Assembly (NCBI GenBank): GCA_016926735.1 | Contig: JAFGOA010000215.1 | Span: forward strand, 1-64,000 | Direction: 5' to 3' | Source: Promethearchaeota archaeon | Lineage (GTDB): Archaea > Asgardarchaeota > Lokiarchaeia > Sigyniarchaeales > SOKP01 | DNA length: 64,000 nucleotides | In this document: one piece after another, positions 9,601-18,685 of the stretch | Layout of the letters: every line of letters starts with the position of its first letter | How positions within the stretch are numbered: position 1 is the first letter of the stretch | Notes under the pieces: model-generated | The model's input: the letters and a program-made list of their open reading frames with translations, nothing else | The model's database searches: none | What the model was told of the DNA's origin: nothing | Translations under genes and position numbers: made by a program

Positions 9601-10406
9601 TTATGAGAATATTTGTCTCCTAATTTAAAATTTTTAATAATTGATTGATTTAATTCATGTTTATTAATCCTAAAGTAATATATATTATTGGTTTCCCTAA
9701 ATATGATATTTTCATCATTTTTTAAATAATTACGCGAAATTTCTTGTACTTTATTAATAACTTGCTTACTCTCAGAAGCTATAACAATTCTATGATATCC
9801 TCTTTTATTATCTCTATCGATCCATCCATCAGCTAGAAATAATCCGATAAAATAAGCAATATCTTCGTTAATTTCAAACTCATAATTATATGTTATATCA
9901 TTAGATTCATTATATTTTGGTTTACAAACAATATAATCTCCTATTTTAAGTTCAGAAGGAGATTTCCAACGATAATCAAGATTTTTTGAAAAAGTTTTAA
10001 AATTTTGTCCTTTGGTACATATATTTGTAAGTCCATTTTCTAATTCTATTTTAAATAACTCTTGTTCAGGCATTTCATATAATTGAGTTACATCTTTTAC
10101 ATTATTATGAGTAATTACTTGATCTTCTGTAGAAATATTTTCTATAAATTTAAGTCCATTTGTTGTATTTACATATGTTCCTTTAGCAAAACATTCTCCT
10201 ACAACTTTGGCACATTTTACATGAGCACTACCAAAATGCCAATTATTTTTATGCATTGCATAAATAATTCTTCTATGAACTGGTTTTAATCCATCTCTTA
10301 CGTCTGGAATAGCACGGCCTACTACTACAGACATTGCATAATCTAAATAACTACTTTTCAGTTCATCTTTTAAAAGTATATCTTTAATATTATTTGAGGT
10401 TGAAAT
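6621..10406 (-). CDS. gyrA: DNA gyrase subunit A containing an intein; start extended to ATT at 10406
   Basis: ELKSSYLDYAMS lies upstream of the ORF-track ATG; RAIPDVRDGLKPVHRR, YHPHGD, catalytic RYTEARL, GyrA-box QKRGGRG, C-terminal beta-pinwheel repeats. Confidence 0.95.
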   Translation of the reverse strand: MSTSNNIKDILLKDELKSSYLDYAMSVVVGRAIPDVRDGLKPVHRRIIYAMHKNNWHFGSAHVKCAKVVGECFAKGTYVNTTNGLKFIENISTEDQVITHNNVKDVTQLYEMPEQELFKIELENGLTNICTKGQNFKTFSKNLDYRWKSPSELKIGDYIVCKPKYNESNDITYNYEFEINEDIAYFIGLFLADGWIDRDNKRGYHRIVIASESKQVINKVQEISRNYLKNDENIIFRETNNIYYFRINKHELNQSIIKNFKLGDKYSHNIKIPNFLKNTSKKIIYSFFSGYLEGDGHVHKNRNVINISSISEKFLRDFQIILFSLGINSTIYLNKKKTHHYKGRKIKPNYDLYSLEITGNDYAKIKREIHIYNPDKIKRLSKKLKYNPSKYDIIPFIGKYIFTEFSEKHLGGGWYTDKSGKKIRIGIKYPDGTKIRYQKDLKNKIKIYKSTIEKLNIKNKMELIGSKYLPIINEIIEQDFFFIKIKSINKYKAKKTYDIQVRDDHQFIANGMIVHNCLGNYHPHGDMAVYNSLVRMGQDFSLRYPLIDPQGNFGSVDGDPPAAYRYTEARLSKIANELIEDIQKETVDFQPNFDDSTTEPTSLPAKLPNILINGTKGIAVGMATSMPPHNIMEISLGIISTIDNPDISLEELIEIIKGPDFPTGGIITNPSGIYNAYATGQGNVTLMAKIEEEQKGKINNLIISEIPYLQNKAVLIESIAKLIRDGILKDIKDLRDESDRKGMRIVLELKKDAQPEIIKNVLFKRTRLLSSFSIVNLVLVNEGKQPKILNLKELIQEYIEHRLQIIYRRTEFDLKKAQDRLHKVEGLLIALDNIDEVVQIIKSSKDTEEAKTRLQERFEFTDIQVKAILNMTLSRLTNLETEKLKEEAKILKQDIKKYKQILAKKELRLEIIKNELNELIKIYGDKRKTEIIAQDEPAVREIERVDLIKKEPNIIIFSNDQYIKRVSLEEYRSQKRGGRGKKGMTVREEDFIKDLFVCSTHDTILFFTSKGRIYSKKAFQIPLQKRTAKGKPIVNIIKLQKGEEISEMIPINNFDTNEMLIMVTKKGIVKKISLSKFSKIQKTGIRAQKIRVDDKLISVKKITNELQDIFIATKQGYAIRFDESELRELGRTSMGVKGVDLRENDEVIDCLLVTNDEIVLTLTQNGYGQRAYIKEYRKTGRGAKGVHNIKLDRENNDQVIAIKMTVKDEDLLIGTEQGQLIRVPVDSIRLTHRKAKGVRVINLYEDDFVCAIGKCAKELEE
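8859..10193 (-). mobile_element. 445-aa intein with LAGLIDADG homing endonuclease inside GyrA
   Basis: Block A CFAKGTYV; C-terminal TYDIQV..DHQFIANGMIVHN followed by Cys+1; LAGLIDADG-like IGLFLADG and FSGYLEGDG; removal restores KVVGE-CLGNYHPHGD. Confidence 0.95.
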
Positions 10407-10451
10407 TTTATGTACACCTTCTTAGAAATTATGTAATCTATATATCTTTAT

Positions 10452-12440
10452 TTAAACGTCCAATACATTTACTTCATCATAATGTTCTATAATAAATTTT
10501 TTTCGAGGAGTTACTTCTTTTCCCATTAATTTAGAAAACATAAGGTCATTCTCTAGATAATCTTCATAGGTAACTCTTTTTAGAACTCTTGTTTCTCTCC
10601 TCATTGTAGTTTCATATAATTCTTCAGGATTCATTTCTCCTAATCCTTTATATCGCTGGACTCTTATAGATTCTGTATTTTTAAGTTTATATTTCTTTTT
10701 TAATTCTTTCAGATATTCTTCTTTTTGTTTATCCGTATATACATAATGATTTGTTTTTTTATATGAAATTTTATACAATGGTGGGACTGCTAGGTATAAA
10801 TGTCCTTCTTCAATAAGAGGACGCATATATCTAAAAAAGAAAGTAAGTAATAGAGTAGCTATATGAGCTCCGTCTACGTCTGCATCGCAAAAAATAATAA
10901 TCTTAAAATATCTTAGATCTTTTATATTGAAATCATCTTCTTCGTCATCTACACCTTCAAGGTCTGTCATACCTTGTATACCTACACCTAAAGCTTTTAT
11001 AATTCCTTGAATCTCAGCATTTTGAATAATTTTATCGATCCTAGCTTTTTCAACATTAAGAATCTTCCCTCTAAGAGGTAAAATTGCCTGATATGTTCTA
11101 TCTCTCCCTTGTTTAGCTGACCCTCCTGCTGAAGGTCCCTCTACTATAAAAATCTCACATTCTTTTGGATCATTTGAAGAACAATCTGCTAATTTTCCTG
11201 GCATCCTTGCATTATCTAAAGCAGATTTTCTCCTAATTAGTGATCTAGCTTTTTGAGCTGCTTCTCTTGCTTGTTTAGCATTAATTGTTTTAAGAATAAT
11301 CTTTTTAGCTATTTCTGGATTTTCTTCTAAAAATTGAGTTAATTTATCAGTTACAACTTGACTAACTATTTGTCTAATTTCAGGATTTCCTAATTTTATT
11401 TTAGTTTGACTTTCGAATTGAGGGTCTGGTAATTTAACTGAAATTACTGCTGAAAGACCTTCTCTAGTATCAGAACCGCTAAGAACGACATCCTTATATT
11501 TCTTTTCCATATCTTTCTCAATATACGAATTAAATACCCTAGTAAGTGCTGATTTGAACCCTGTGAGAGATGTTCCTCCTTCACTTGTGTGTATTGTATT
11601 TGCATATGTTAATATATTTTCTTGATATCCTTGATTATATTGCATAGCAACCTCAACTTCTACATCACCTTTTTTGTCTTTCATTGTACCATTAAAAGTG
11701 ATTATCTCTTCATGTAAAGGATTTTTCTCTTTATTTAGAAAATTAATAAATGCTTTAATTCCATTTGGATAAAAAAAATTCTCTCTTTCTTCCGTTTTCT
11801 TATCAAGTATTTCAAATTTAGCTTGAGGTGTTAAAAAAGCTAGTTCTCTCATGCGATTTGCAATAGTAGTAAAAGTAAAAATACTTTCATTTGGATTAAA
11901 TTCGAAAATTTCATTATCTGGATAAAATGTTATTTTGGTTCCTGATTTTGAATTGGTTGATTCGGTAATTTCTGGATCATTGACTTTTAAACCTCGAGAA
12001 AATTTTTGTTTGTAGAATGAACCATCTCTATTGATTTCTATGATTAACCATTCTGTTAATGCATTGACAACAGATAATCCTACTCCATGTAATCCCCCAG
12101 ATATTTTATAACTTTTATTATCAAATTTACCTCCTGAATGTAAATGCTCCATTATTACCTCAACAGCAGGTCTTTTAAATTCAGAATGTTCTTTAATTGG
12201 AATACCTCTTCCATTGTCCATAATGGATACTGAATTGTCATTATTGAAAATCACTTTTATTTCATTTGCATAACCAGCCATAGCCTCATCGACACTGTTA
12301 TCTAAAACTTCTAAAATAAGATGATGAAGGCCTTTTTTACCAGTGTCTCCAATATACATTGCAGGTCTTTTTCTTACGCCCTCAAGTCCCTTTAAGACTT
12401 TGATATCTGCTGCATCATATTTCGCGTTTTTATCAGACAT
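10452..12440 (-). CDS. gyrB: DNA gyrase subunit B (short form, no large insert)
   Basis: LEGVRKRPAMYIG, EVLDNSVDE, DNGRGIP, SGGLHGVG, VEGPSAGG, PLRGKILN, DADVDG, QRYKGLGEM. Confidence 0.97.
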   Translation of the reverse strand: MSDKNAKYDAADIKVLKGLEGVRKRPAMYIGDTGKKGLHHLILEVLDNSVDEAMAGYANEIKVIFNNDNSVSIMDNGRGIPIKEHSEFKRPAVEVIMEHLHSGGKFDNKSYKISGGLHGVGLSVVNALTEWLIIEINRDGSFYKQKFSRGLKVNDPEITESTNSKSGTKITFYPDNEIFEFNPNESIFTFTTIANRMRELAFLTPQAKFEILDKKTEERENFFYPNGIKAFINFLNKEKNPLHEEIITFNGTMKDKKGDVEVEVAMQYNQGYQENILTYANTIHTSEGGTSLTGFKSALTRVFNSYIEKDMEKKYKDVVLSGSDTREGLSAVISVKLPDPQFESQTKIKLGNPEIRQIVSQVVTDKLTQFLEENPEIAKKIILKTINAKQAREAAQKARSLIRRKSALDNARMPGKLADCSSNDPKECEIFIVEGPSAGGSAKQGRDRTYQAILPLRGKILNVEKARIDKIIQNAEIQGIIKALGVGIQGMTDLEGVDDEEDDFNIKDLRYFKIIIFCDADVDGAHIATLLLTFFFRYMRPLIEEGHLYLAVPPLYKISYKKTNHYVYTDKQKEEYLKELKKKYKLKNTESIRVQRYKGLGEMNPEELYETTMRRETRVLKRVTYEDYLENDLMFSKLMGKEVTPRKKFIIEHYDEVNVLDV

Positions 12441-12715
12441 AATAGATCTTATCTAAATATATTTGTAAAAGTAAAAATGATCAATTGTGATTGAATTTTA
12501 ATTAATATTTTACGAATTACTATTAATAAAAGTCTTTTCTAATTTATTAATCTTAGTTAATTTTTTATCATATTAAAGAGAAGAATAAATGAAAATTTGA
12601 AATCTTAGATTATTTTTTCTTATTTAAACTCTTTAGAAACTAGAATTTATATATATTAAATTCATACAAATCCTTTCTATTAAGGAAAAATGAATTATTA
12701 GATTTAATATAAAAT

Positions 12716-13585
12716 TTATTTGTTTTTTCTTATTTCTTGAGCAATCTTCGATATTTCAATTAATTGATTATTTACATCATGAGTTCTTACAATATGAGCT
12801 CCATTATAAATTGCAATGGCCGTAGCAGATAAGCTACCATTGTATCTTTCTTCTGGTAATGATTTATATTTACCTAAAGTAGATGCAATAAATGACTTTC
12901 TTGATAAGGCAATTAAGATAGGTAAATCAAATATTCTTAATTTTTCTAAATTGCCTATTATTTTAAGATCATAATAAAAGGTTTTTTTTTCAATCCATTT
13001 GCCAATACCTGGATCTAAAATAATTTTTCTCGAATCATATCCTTTTAATTTAAGCCTATTTGTAGTAACTTTAAATTGATTTATAATTTCTTCAATTGTA
13101 CATAAATCGCCAGGAATTTTTTCAGAAGCCATTAAAATAATTGGAAGATTGTTTTCTATTATAAAATCTTCTAATTTTTTATCTGTTGTAAGACAACTTA
13201 CATCATTAATTATTATTTTTTTTCTATATGTTTGGGAAATTTTAAACATAGATTCTGCTATATCGCTATATTGTGTATCAATAGATATAATTATTTCATT
13301 TGGTATTTCCTTACATAGAGTCTCCATTGCTGGAGTTAATCTATTTAATTCTTCTTCTAGTGATATTTTCTTTGACCATGGGGCAGTCGATCTTGCTCCG
13401 AGATCGATGATTTTAGCACCATTTTTAATCATTGAATCTGCAGAAGTTTTAATTTGCTCTGTACTTTGAAAAACCGAACCCTGATAAAACGATTCTGGAC
13501 TTAAATTAATAATTCCCATAATCGTGGTAGGGTAATCATCTCCAATTTCGCAAATATTATATAAATTTGTATAAATTTTTTCCAT
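12716..13585 (-). CDS. folP: Dihydropteroate synthase
   Basis: MGIINLSPESF, IDLGARSTAP, SIDT, INDVS, DPGIG, SRKSF, RTHDV. Confidence 0.92.
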   Translation of the reverse strand: MEKIYTNLYNICEIGDDYPTTIMGIINLSPESFYQGSVFQSTEQIKTSADSMIKNGAKIIDLGARSTAPWSKKISLEEELNRLTPAMETLCKEIPNEIIISIDTQYSDIAESMFKISQTYRKKIIINDVSCLTTDKKLEDFIIENNLPIILMASEKIPGDLCTIEEIINQFKVTTNRLKLKGYDSRKIILDPGIGKWIEKKTFYYDLKIIGNLEKLRIFDLPILIALSRKSFIASTLGKYKSLPEERYNGSLSATAIAIYNGAHIVRTHDVNNQLIEISKIAQEIRKNK

Positions 13586-13745
13586 TACTAGCTAGATTGT
13601 GTCTTTAAAAACATATAAAAATATTTATTAGTTTTTAAGATATATAAAGTTGATAATCATGAATTCAATTTATATATCCAATTTTTATATATTAGGAATC
13701 TAAATCTTCATATTCTCTTTTCTTTAATAATAGGTTTTTTATTAT

Positions 13746-15671
13746 ATGATTTCCATAAATATTATAGGAATTACAGTTAAAGAGTTGATTTCATTAAATA
13801 AAAAAAAATTTTATATAACAACTGCTATAGCCTACCTTAATGGAAAACCTCATATGGGTCATGCGTTAGAAATAATTCAAGCAGATTGTCTCTCTAGATT
13901 TTATAGATTATTTGATGAAGGACTAGTTTTTCAAACGGGTGCAGATGAACATGGAATGAAGATTTTAAATACAGCACAAGAAAAAGGAATTGAAGTTACT
14001 GAATTATTAAATGAGAATTATCAAGCCTTTATAGACTTTTATAATTTATTGAATATTAGTTTTGATAAATATGTGAGGACAACGTCTAAAATTCATAAAG
14101 ATGGCGCTTCAAAATTATGGAAAACCTTAGTTGATAATGGAGATATCTATAAAGGAACTTATAATGGCTTATATTGTATTGGATGCGAAGCATATAAAAC
14201 CTACAATGAATTGATTGAAAATAAATGTCCAAATCATCCCAATCGCGAGATTATCACTTTAAAAGAAGATAACTATTTTTTTAAACTTAGTAAATATATC
14301 GATAAATTGATAAAAATATATGATAATGATGAGATAGAGATCATTCCAAAAAGAAGAAAAGCTGAAATCCTTAATATATTGAAAGAGGAATTAGATGATA
14401 TTAGTTTTTCAAGACAGAAAGAAAAAATGCCTTGGGGTATACCTGTTCCGGGAGATGATAAACATGTAATGTATGTCTGGGCAGATGCACTTTCAAATTA
14501 TATTACCAACATAGGATATGAATTTTCTCCTAAAGAATTTAAATCTATTTGGCCAGCAGATATTCATTTAATAGGTAAAGACATTATTAAGTTTCACGCA
14601 ATTTATTGGCCTGCTATTTTATTATCTGCTGGACTTGAATTACCAAAAAAATTATTCATCCATGGATTTCTTACTGTGGAAGGATTAAAAATAGGTAAAT
14701 CAATAGGTAATGTTTCAGATCCTTTAATTTTGTTAGAAAAATATGGAGTTCCTATATTTCGATTTTATCTCTTGAAAAATATTCCTACTTATGATGATGG
14801 TTCTTTTTCTGAAAATGATTTGATCCAAATTTACAATAATGTTTTAGCGGATGATCTTGGGAACTTGGTATTAAGAATATTGACTTTTATCGAAAAAGAT
14901 TTTGATTTGCATTATCCACCCTTATTTTCATTGAGTGTGGAAGATAAGGAATATATAAAAGAATTTAATTTTATTGATGAATTAAAAGGTTTTTTTAATG
15001 ATTTTCAGATTAATAAAGCATTAGATAGAATATGGGAATTTGTTAAATTAACAAACAAATTTATAAATGATAGAAAACCTTGGGAACTAAAAAAGAATAA
15101 TAATAATAAAGGATATTCCACATTATTATATGTTTTATTAGAGGGATTGAGAATTATATCTATATATCTTAAACCTTTTATTCCCTCTATTTCAGAAAGG
15201 ATTTTAAATTTGATTGGAAAAGATAAAGAATATAATTTTAATGATATAGATTTCAATCCTGATTTTAAAGACAAAATAAATAAAAAGGAAGTATTATTTC
15301 CTAAAATTGAAATAAAAATGGAATCTAAAGAAGAAAAAGAAATTGATAACAATATCACTTATGAAGATTTTCAAAAGTTAGATATAAGGATCGCTATTAT
15401 AGAGACTGTCGAGAAAGTTGAAAATGCTGATAAGCTATATAAACTTTCCGTAGATTTAGGATATGAGAAAAGAATTATCGTAGCGGGATTAGCAGAATAT
15501 TATACTATAGAGGAACTTAAAGGAAAAAAAATTACATTACTTACTAATTTAAAACCTAGAAAAATTAGGGGCATATTAAGTCAAGGAATGTTACTTGCTG
15601 CCGATGATGGTAAATTGGTATCAATATTAATTCCTGATAAAAATGTGGATTTAGGTTCGAAAATTCAATAA
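13746..15671 (+). CDS. metG: Methionine-tRNA ligase with C-terminal tRNA-binding OB domain
   Basis: FYITTAIAY.NG.PHMGH, TGADEHG, single Zn knuckle CIGCE..CPNH, YVWADAL, GKDI, KIGKS (KMSKS variant), C-terminal SQGMLLAA; start may be a few codons downstream. Confidence 0.95.
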   Translation: MISINIIGITVKELISLNKKKFYITTAIAYLNGKPHMGHALEIIQADCLSRFYRLFDEGLVFQTGADEHGMKILNTAQEKGIEVTELLNENYQAFIDFYNLLNISFDKYVRTTSKIHKDGASKLWKTLVDNGDIYKGTYNGLYCIGCEAYKTYNELIENKCPNHPNREIITLKEDNYFFKLSKYIDKLIKIYDNDEIEIIPKRRKAEILNILKEELDDISFSRQKEKMPWGIPVPGDDKHVMYVWADALSNYITNIGYEFSPKEFKSIWPADIHLIGKDIIKFHAIYWPAILLSAGLELPKKLFIHGFLTVEGLKIGKSIGNVSDPLILLEKYGVPIFRFYLLKNIPTYDDGSFSENDLIQIYNNVLADDLGNLVLRILTFIEKDFDLHYPPLFSLSVEDKEYIKEFNFIDELKGFFNDFQINKALDRIWEFVKLTNKFINDRKPWELKKNNNNKGYSTLLYVLLEGLRIISIYLKPFIPSISERILNLIGKDKEYNFNDIDFNPDFKDKINKKEVLFPKIEIKMESKEEKEIDNNITYEDFQKLDIRIAIIETVEKVENADKLYKLSVDLGYEKRIIVAGLAEYYTIEELKGKKITLLTNLKPRKIRGILSQGMLLAADDGKLVSILIPDKNVDLGSKIQ

Positions 15672-15765
15672 AAAAACATTCTAATCTTTTTTTAAATTTT
15701 TATTTATTTATAATAAAAGATCTAATTATTTTCAGTATTCATTTTAAAATAAATAGAAAAAAAAA

Positions 15766-18588
15766 TTATTTTATTAAAAATTTGTATCTTTTATTTAGTA
15801 AAAGAATAACAGAAAGGATTCCGATTGATGAAAACAATATTAAAAGATCATATCCCGGTATCGAGTCTTCTTCTGAATCAACGATAATATGTATAGTAGT
15901 TTCACAATAATTTCCATATAGATCATAAGCTCTGATAATTAAATCATAATTACCCTTTTCCAAGGTTGTTATATTAGTAATTTCTCCAGTGCTATTATCA
16001 ATACTGAAATCTTCTTCATTATTTATCCAATAATATGCAATCCCAGAAAAATCAGAAGCATCAATGTCATAATAAAAGTCTTCTCCATGCATTACAATAT
16101 GGCTTAATTTTATATCACCCCAAACCGGATCTGTTGTATCTGAAATTGAGATCTTAATTATAGCACTGCAATTTTGATTATATGGGTCAAACACACAAAT
16201 TTCAATCCAATATTCACCTACAGCAAGATTACTTGCGTTTGTTATGAGACCATTTGAATTAGTATTAAAAAGTGTAGAATTTACAGAGTAATGATCAATT
16301 CCAAATGAGCTAAAAGCATTTAATTGATATGAAAAAGCATTTCCAAGTTCAATAGTTTGATTTAAAGGGATATCATTCCAAATTGGTGGTGGAGCATCAT
16401 GATTATAACATATTGGATATCTATCTTGACTATCTGATGAACCTTCAATATTATTATATGGAAGATCCCCTATATTATCAAAATTTATATCCCTTCCAGA
16501 ATAATCGTCCCAATAATTTCCAATTGTTCCATTATCCCATTGATTATTATTTCCATCATTAATTGCGTTTATATTATTTCCTGTAAAATTATTTAGATAT
16601 ATTGTATTGTTCTCAGATTCGCTTGTAAAATGGATTCCTTCATTATTTTCAAGTATACTGTTATTGTAAATAGACAATCCCTCTACTCCTAAAAAATAAA
16701 TACCTATTTCGACATTGGATTTAATAGTATTATTCTTTATAATCCCCAACGTGGTAGAACCCAAATAAATACCATTTTCACCATTATTATCTATTGTATT
16801 ATCTACTATTGTTGTATAATTTGAATTACTAACATGTATTCCATCAAAGGTATTATCTCTAAAAAGATTATTTGATATTTCCAATTGGTTGTTTAATAAT
16901 AAAAATATTCCATTCCAATGATTATGTATAATTGTATTTCCTCTTAATATTATATATTCGATATTCGTGCTTAAATAGTTAATTATACCATTTTCACCAT
17001 TTTCATAAATTGTATTATTAATAAAAGATATTGAAGAGCAATCAAAATATATACCATCATAGTCATTATTATATATTGAATTATTTACAATACTTACATC
17101 CTTACAATACATAATATCTATTCCGTATGCTTTATTGAATGATATTATATTCTCAGTGATATTAGGAAAATAAGAATACTTCATAATAATACCAATAGAA
17201 TTATTAACCAAAATATTGTTATAAATAATAAGATCATAACAATAATAAGCTATAATAGGAATGGCATTCATTGTATTTGAAATATTAAATTCAGAAATCT
17301 CTGAATTATTACAATTGATTACAATTATTTGTCCTGGATCTCCTTTATATGTAAAATCTAATGTATTTAATCCTGTTCTATTATAATAATGATAAATTGT
17401 TCTTCCATTTAATTTATTAGAGGTTGTTATGGTCCTATTACTTTCGGCTTTATTTGGAGTTATATAAATACCACAGTTTGTCATATTATTTCCATCAATT
17501 ATATAAAGTCCTCCACTTGTAGATATAAAAATACCAGTCACCCCAATAGTACTACCCATGAGATCATTATTTGTGCAATTTATCTGCTCACATTCTTCAA
17601 GATAAATATTGTTAGAAAAATCTATAACAGTATTATTATAAATAGATATATTCTCTCCATTTACACATATTCCATAGAGTTGCCCTTTTTCTATATGATT
17701 TCCTTCAATAGTTGCATTTAATGATGCTTTATCAAGATAAATTCCTCGATAACCGGCGAATTTTATAAAATTATTTTTTATTTTTACATTCTCACTATTA
17801 GTATAAATCGCATTATATTGGATTCTTATATGTTTTAAAGTATTTCCTTCTATAGTATAATCATTTCCTAAGAGAAAACAAAACCCTTCTCTTACATAAT
17901 TAATATCATTATTACATACTGTTGAATAATTACAATTTTTCATAATGATTCCATAGCTATAAGATGAATTGGAATTTTCGATTATATTATTCAAAATTAT
18001 TGAATTAATACATGTATCCAATCTTAATCCGCCCCAGATATTGGAATCTAAAATATTACTTTGAATAGTAATACTACTAGAATTCAAAATAGAGATACCA
18101 TGTCCATTATTATCCGAACAATTATTACTGTATATCAATCCATTTTTAACATTTTCAAGAACAATACCACCTCTAGTTAAATTACTATATTGTGCATAGA
18201 TTGAATTATAAAGATAACAATTTGAAATATTAAAATATTTTTCTGAGTTAATTATATGTATAGGTATTGAATTTTCTTCTCCATTAATAGCCAAATCCTT
18301 AATTATGTATGGACTTTCTATTGTTCCCAAACCAGAGCACCAAGTTTGTTTTTCAGCCCATGTCCAATTTTTTGCATTCATGCCTGTTGCTGTTCCATTT
18401 ATGAAGATTGGTGATTCATTAATTGCAGAATTATTTATTAGAGAATTATTAAAATTGGATTCCTTTTCAATATTCAAGGTATTATTATGTTCCATATAGG
18501 ATAATAAAGCTATAATATTAGGAACTATAATTAGAATGAAACATAAGATTTTTTTTTTTAATTTAAATTTCGTCATTTTAACATTCAT
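15766..18588 (-). CDS. Surface right-handed parallel beta-helix (NosD/CASH-like) protein with Ig-like domains and Loki-CTERM sorting tail
   Basis: Signal peptide, many N..GI...N.I..N repeats, GNYWDDY, two Ig-like repeats, tail IPGYDLLILFSSIGILSVILLLNKRYK. Confidence 0.88.
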   Translation of the reverse strand: MNVKMTKFKLKKKILCFILIIVPNIIALLSYMEHNNTLNIEKESNFNNSLINNSAINESPIFINGTATGMNAKNWTWAEKQTWCSGLGTIESPYIIKDLAINGEENSIPIHIINSEKYFNISNCYLYNSIYAQYSNLTRGGIVLENVKNGLIYSNNCSDNNGHGISILNSSSITIQSNILDSNIWGGLRLDTCINSIILNNIIENSNSSYSYGIIMKNCNYSTVCNNDINYVREGFCFLLGNDYTIEGNTLKHIRIQYNAIYTNSENVKIKNNFIKFAGYRGIYLDKASLNATIEGNHIEKGQLYGICVNGENISIYNNTVIDFSNNIYLEECEQINCTNNDLMGSTIGVTGIFISTSGGLYIIDGNNMTNCGIYITPNKAESNRTITTSNKLNGRTIYHYYNRTGLNTLDFTYKGDPGQIIVINCNNSEISEFNISNTMNAIPIIAYYCYDLIIYNNILVNNSIGIIMKYSYFPNITENIISFNKAYGIDIMYCKDVSIVNNSIYNNDYDGIYFDCSSISFINNTIYENGENGIINYLSTNIEYIILRGNTIIHNHWNGIFLLLNNQLEISNNLFRDNTFDGIHVSNSNYTTIVDNTIDNNGENGIYLGSTTLGIIKNNTIKSNVEIGIYFLGVEGLSIYNNSILENNEGIHFTSESENNTIYLNNFTGNNINAINDGNNNQWDNGTIGNYWDDYSGRDINFDNIGDLPYNNIEGSSDSQDRYPICYNHDAPPPIWNDIPLNQTIELGNAFSYQLNAFSSFGIDHYSVNSTLFNTNSNGLITNASNLAVGEYWIEICVFDPYNQNCSAIIKISISDTTDPVWGDIKLSHIVMHGEDFYYDIDASDFSGIAYYWINNEEDFSIDNSTGEITNITTLEKGNYDLIIRAYDLYGNYCETTIHIIVDSEEDSIPGYDLLILFSSIGILSVILLLNKRYKFLIK

Positions 18589-18622
18589 TTCATAATTTTA
18601 AATAAGTTATGTTTTAGATGAT

Positions 18623-18646
18623 ATTTAAAACACCTTGGACCAAAAA
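18623..18646 (-). promoter_or_regulatory. GTCC-box + TATA promoter of the Loki-CTERM beta-helix gene
   Basis: Sense strand TTTTTGGTCCAAGG-TGT-TTTAAAT; near-identical to 22851-22873. Confidence 0.6.
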
Positions 18647-18685
18647 TGATATTTTTTTTCATTTATGATAATTATACAAAATAAG

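Noticed and set aside
6621-12440. Topoisomerase IV (parC/parE)
   Set aside because: GyrA-box QKRGGRG and a full C-terminal pinwheel are present
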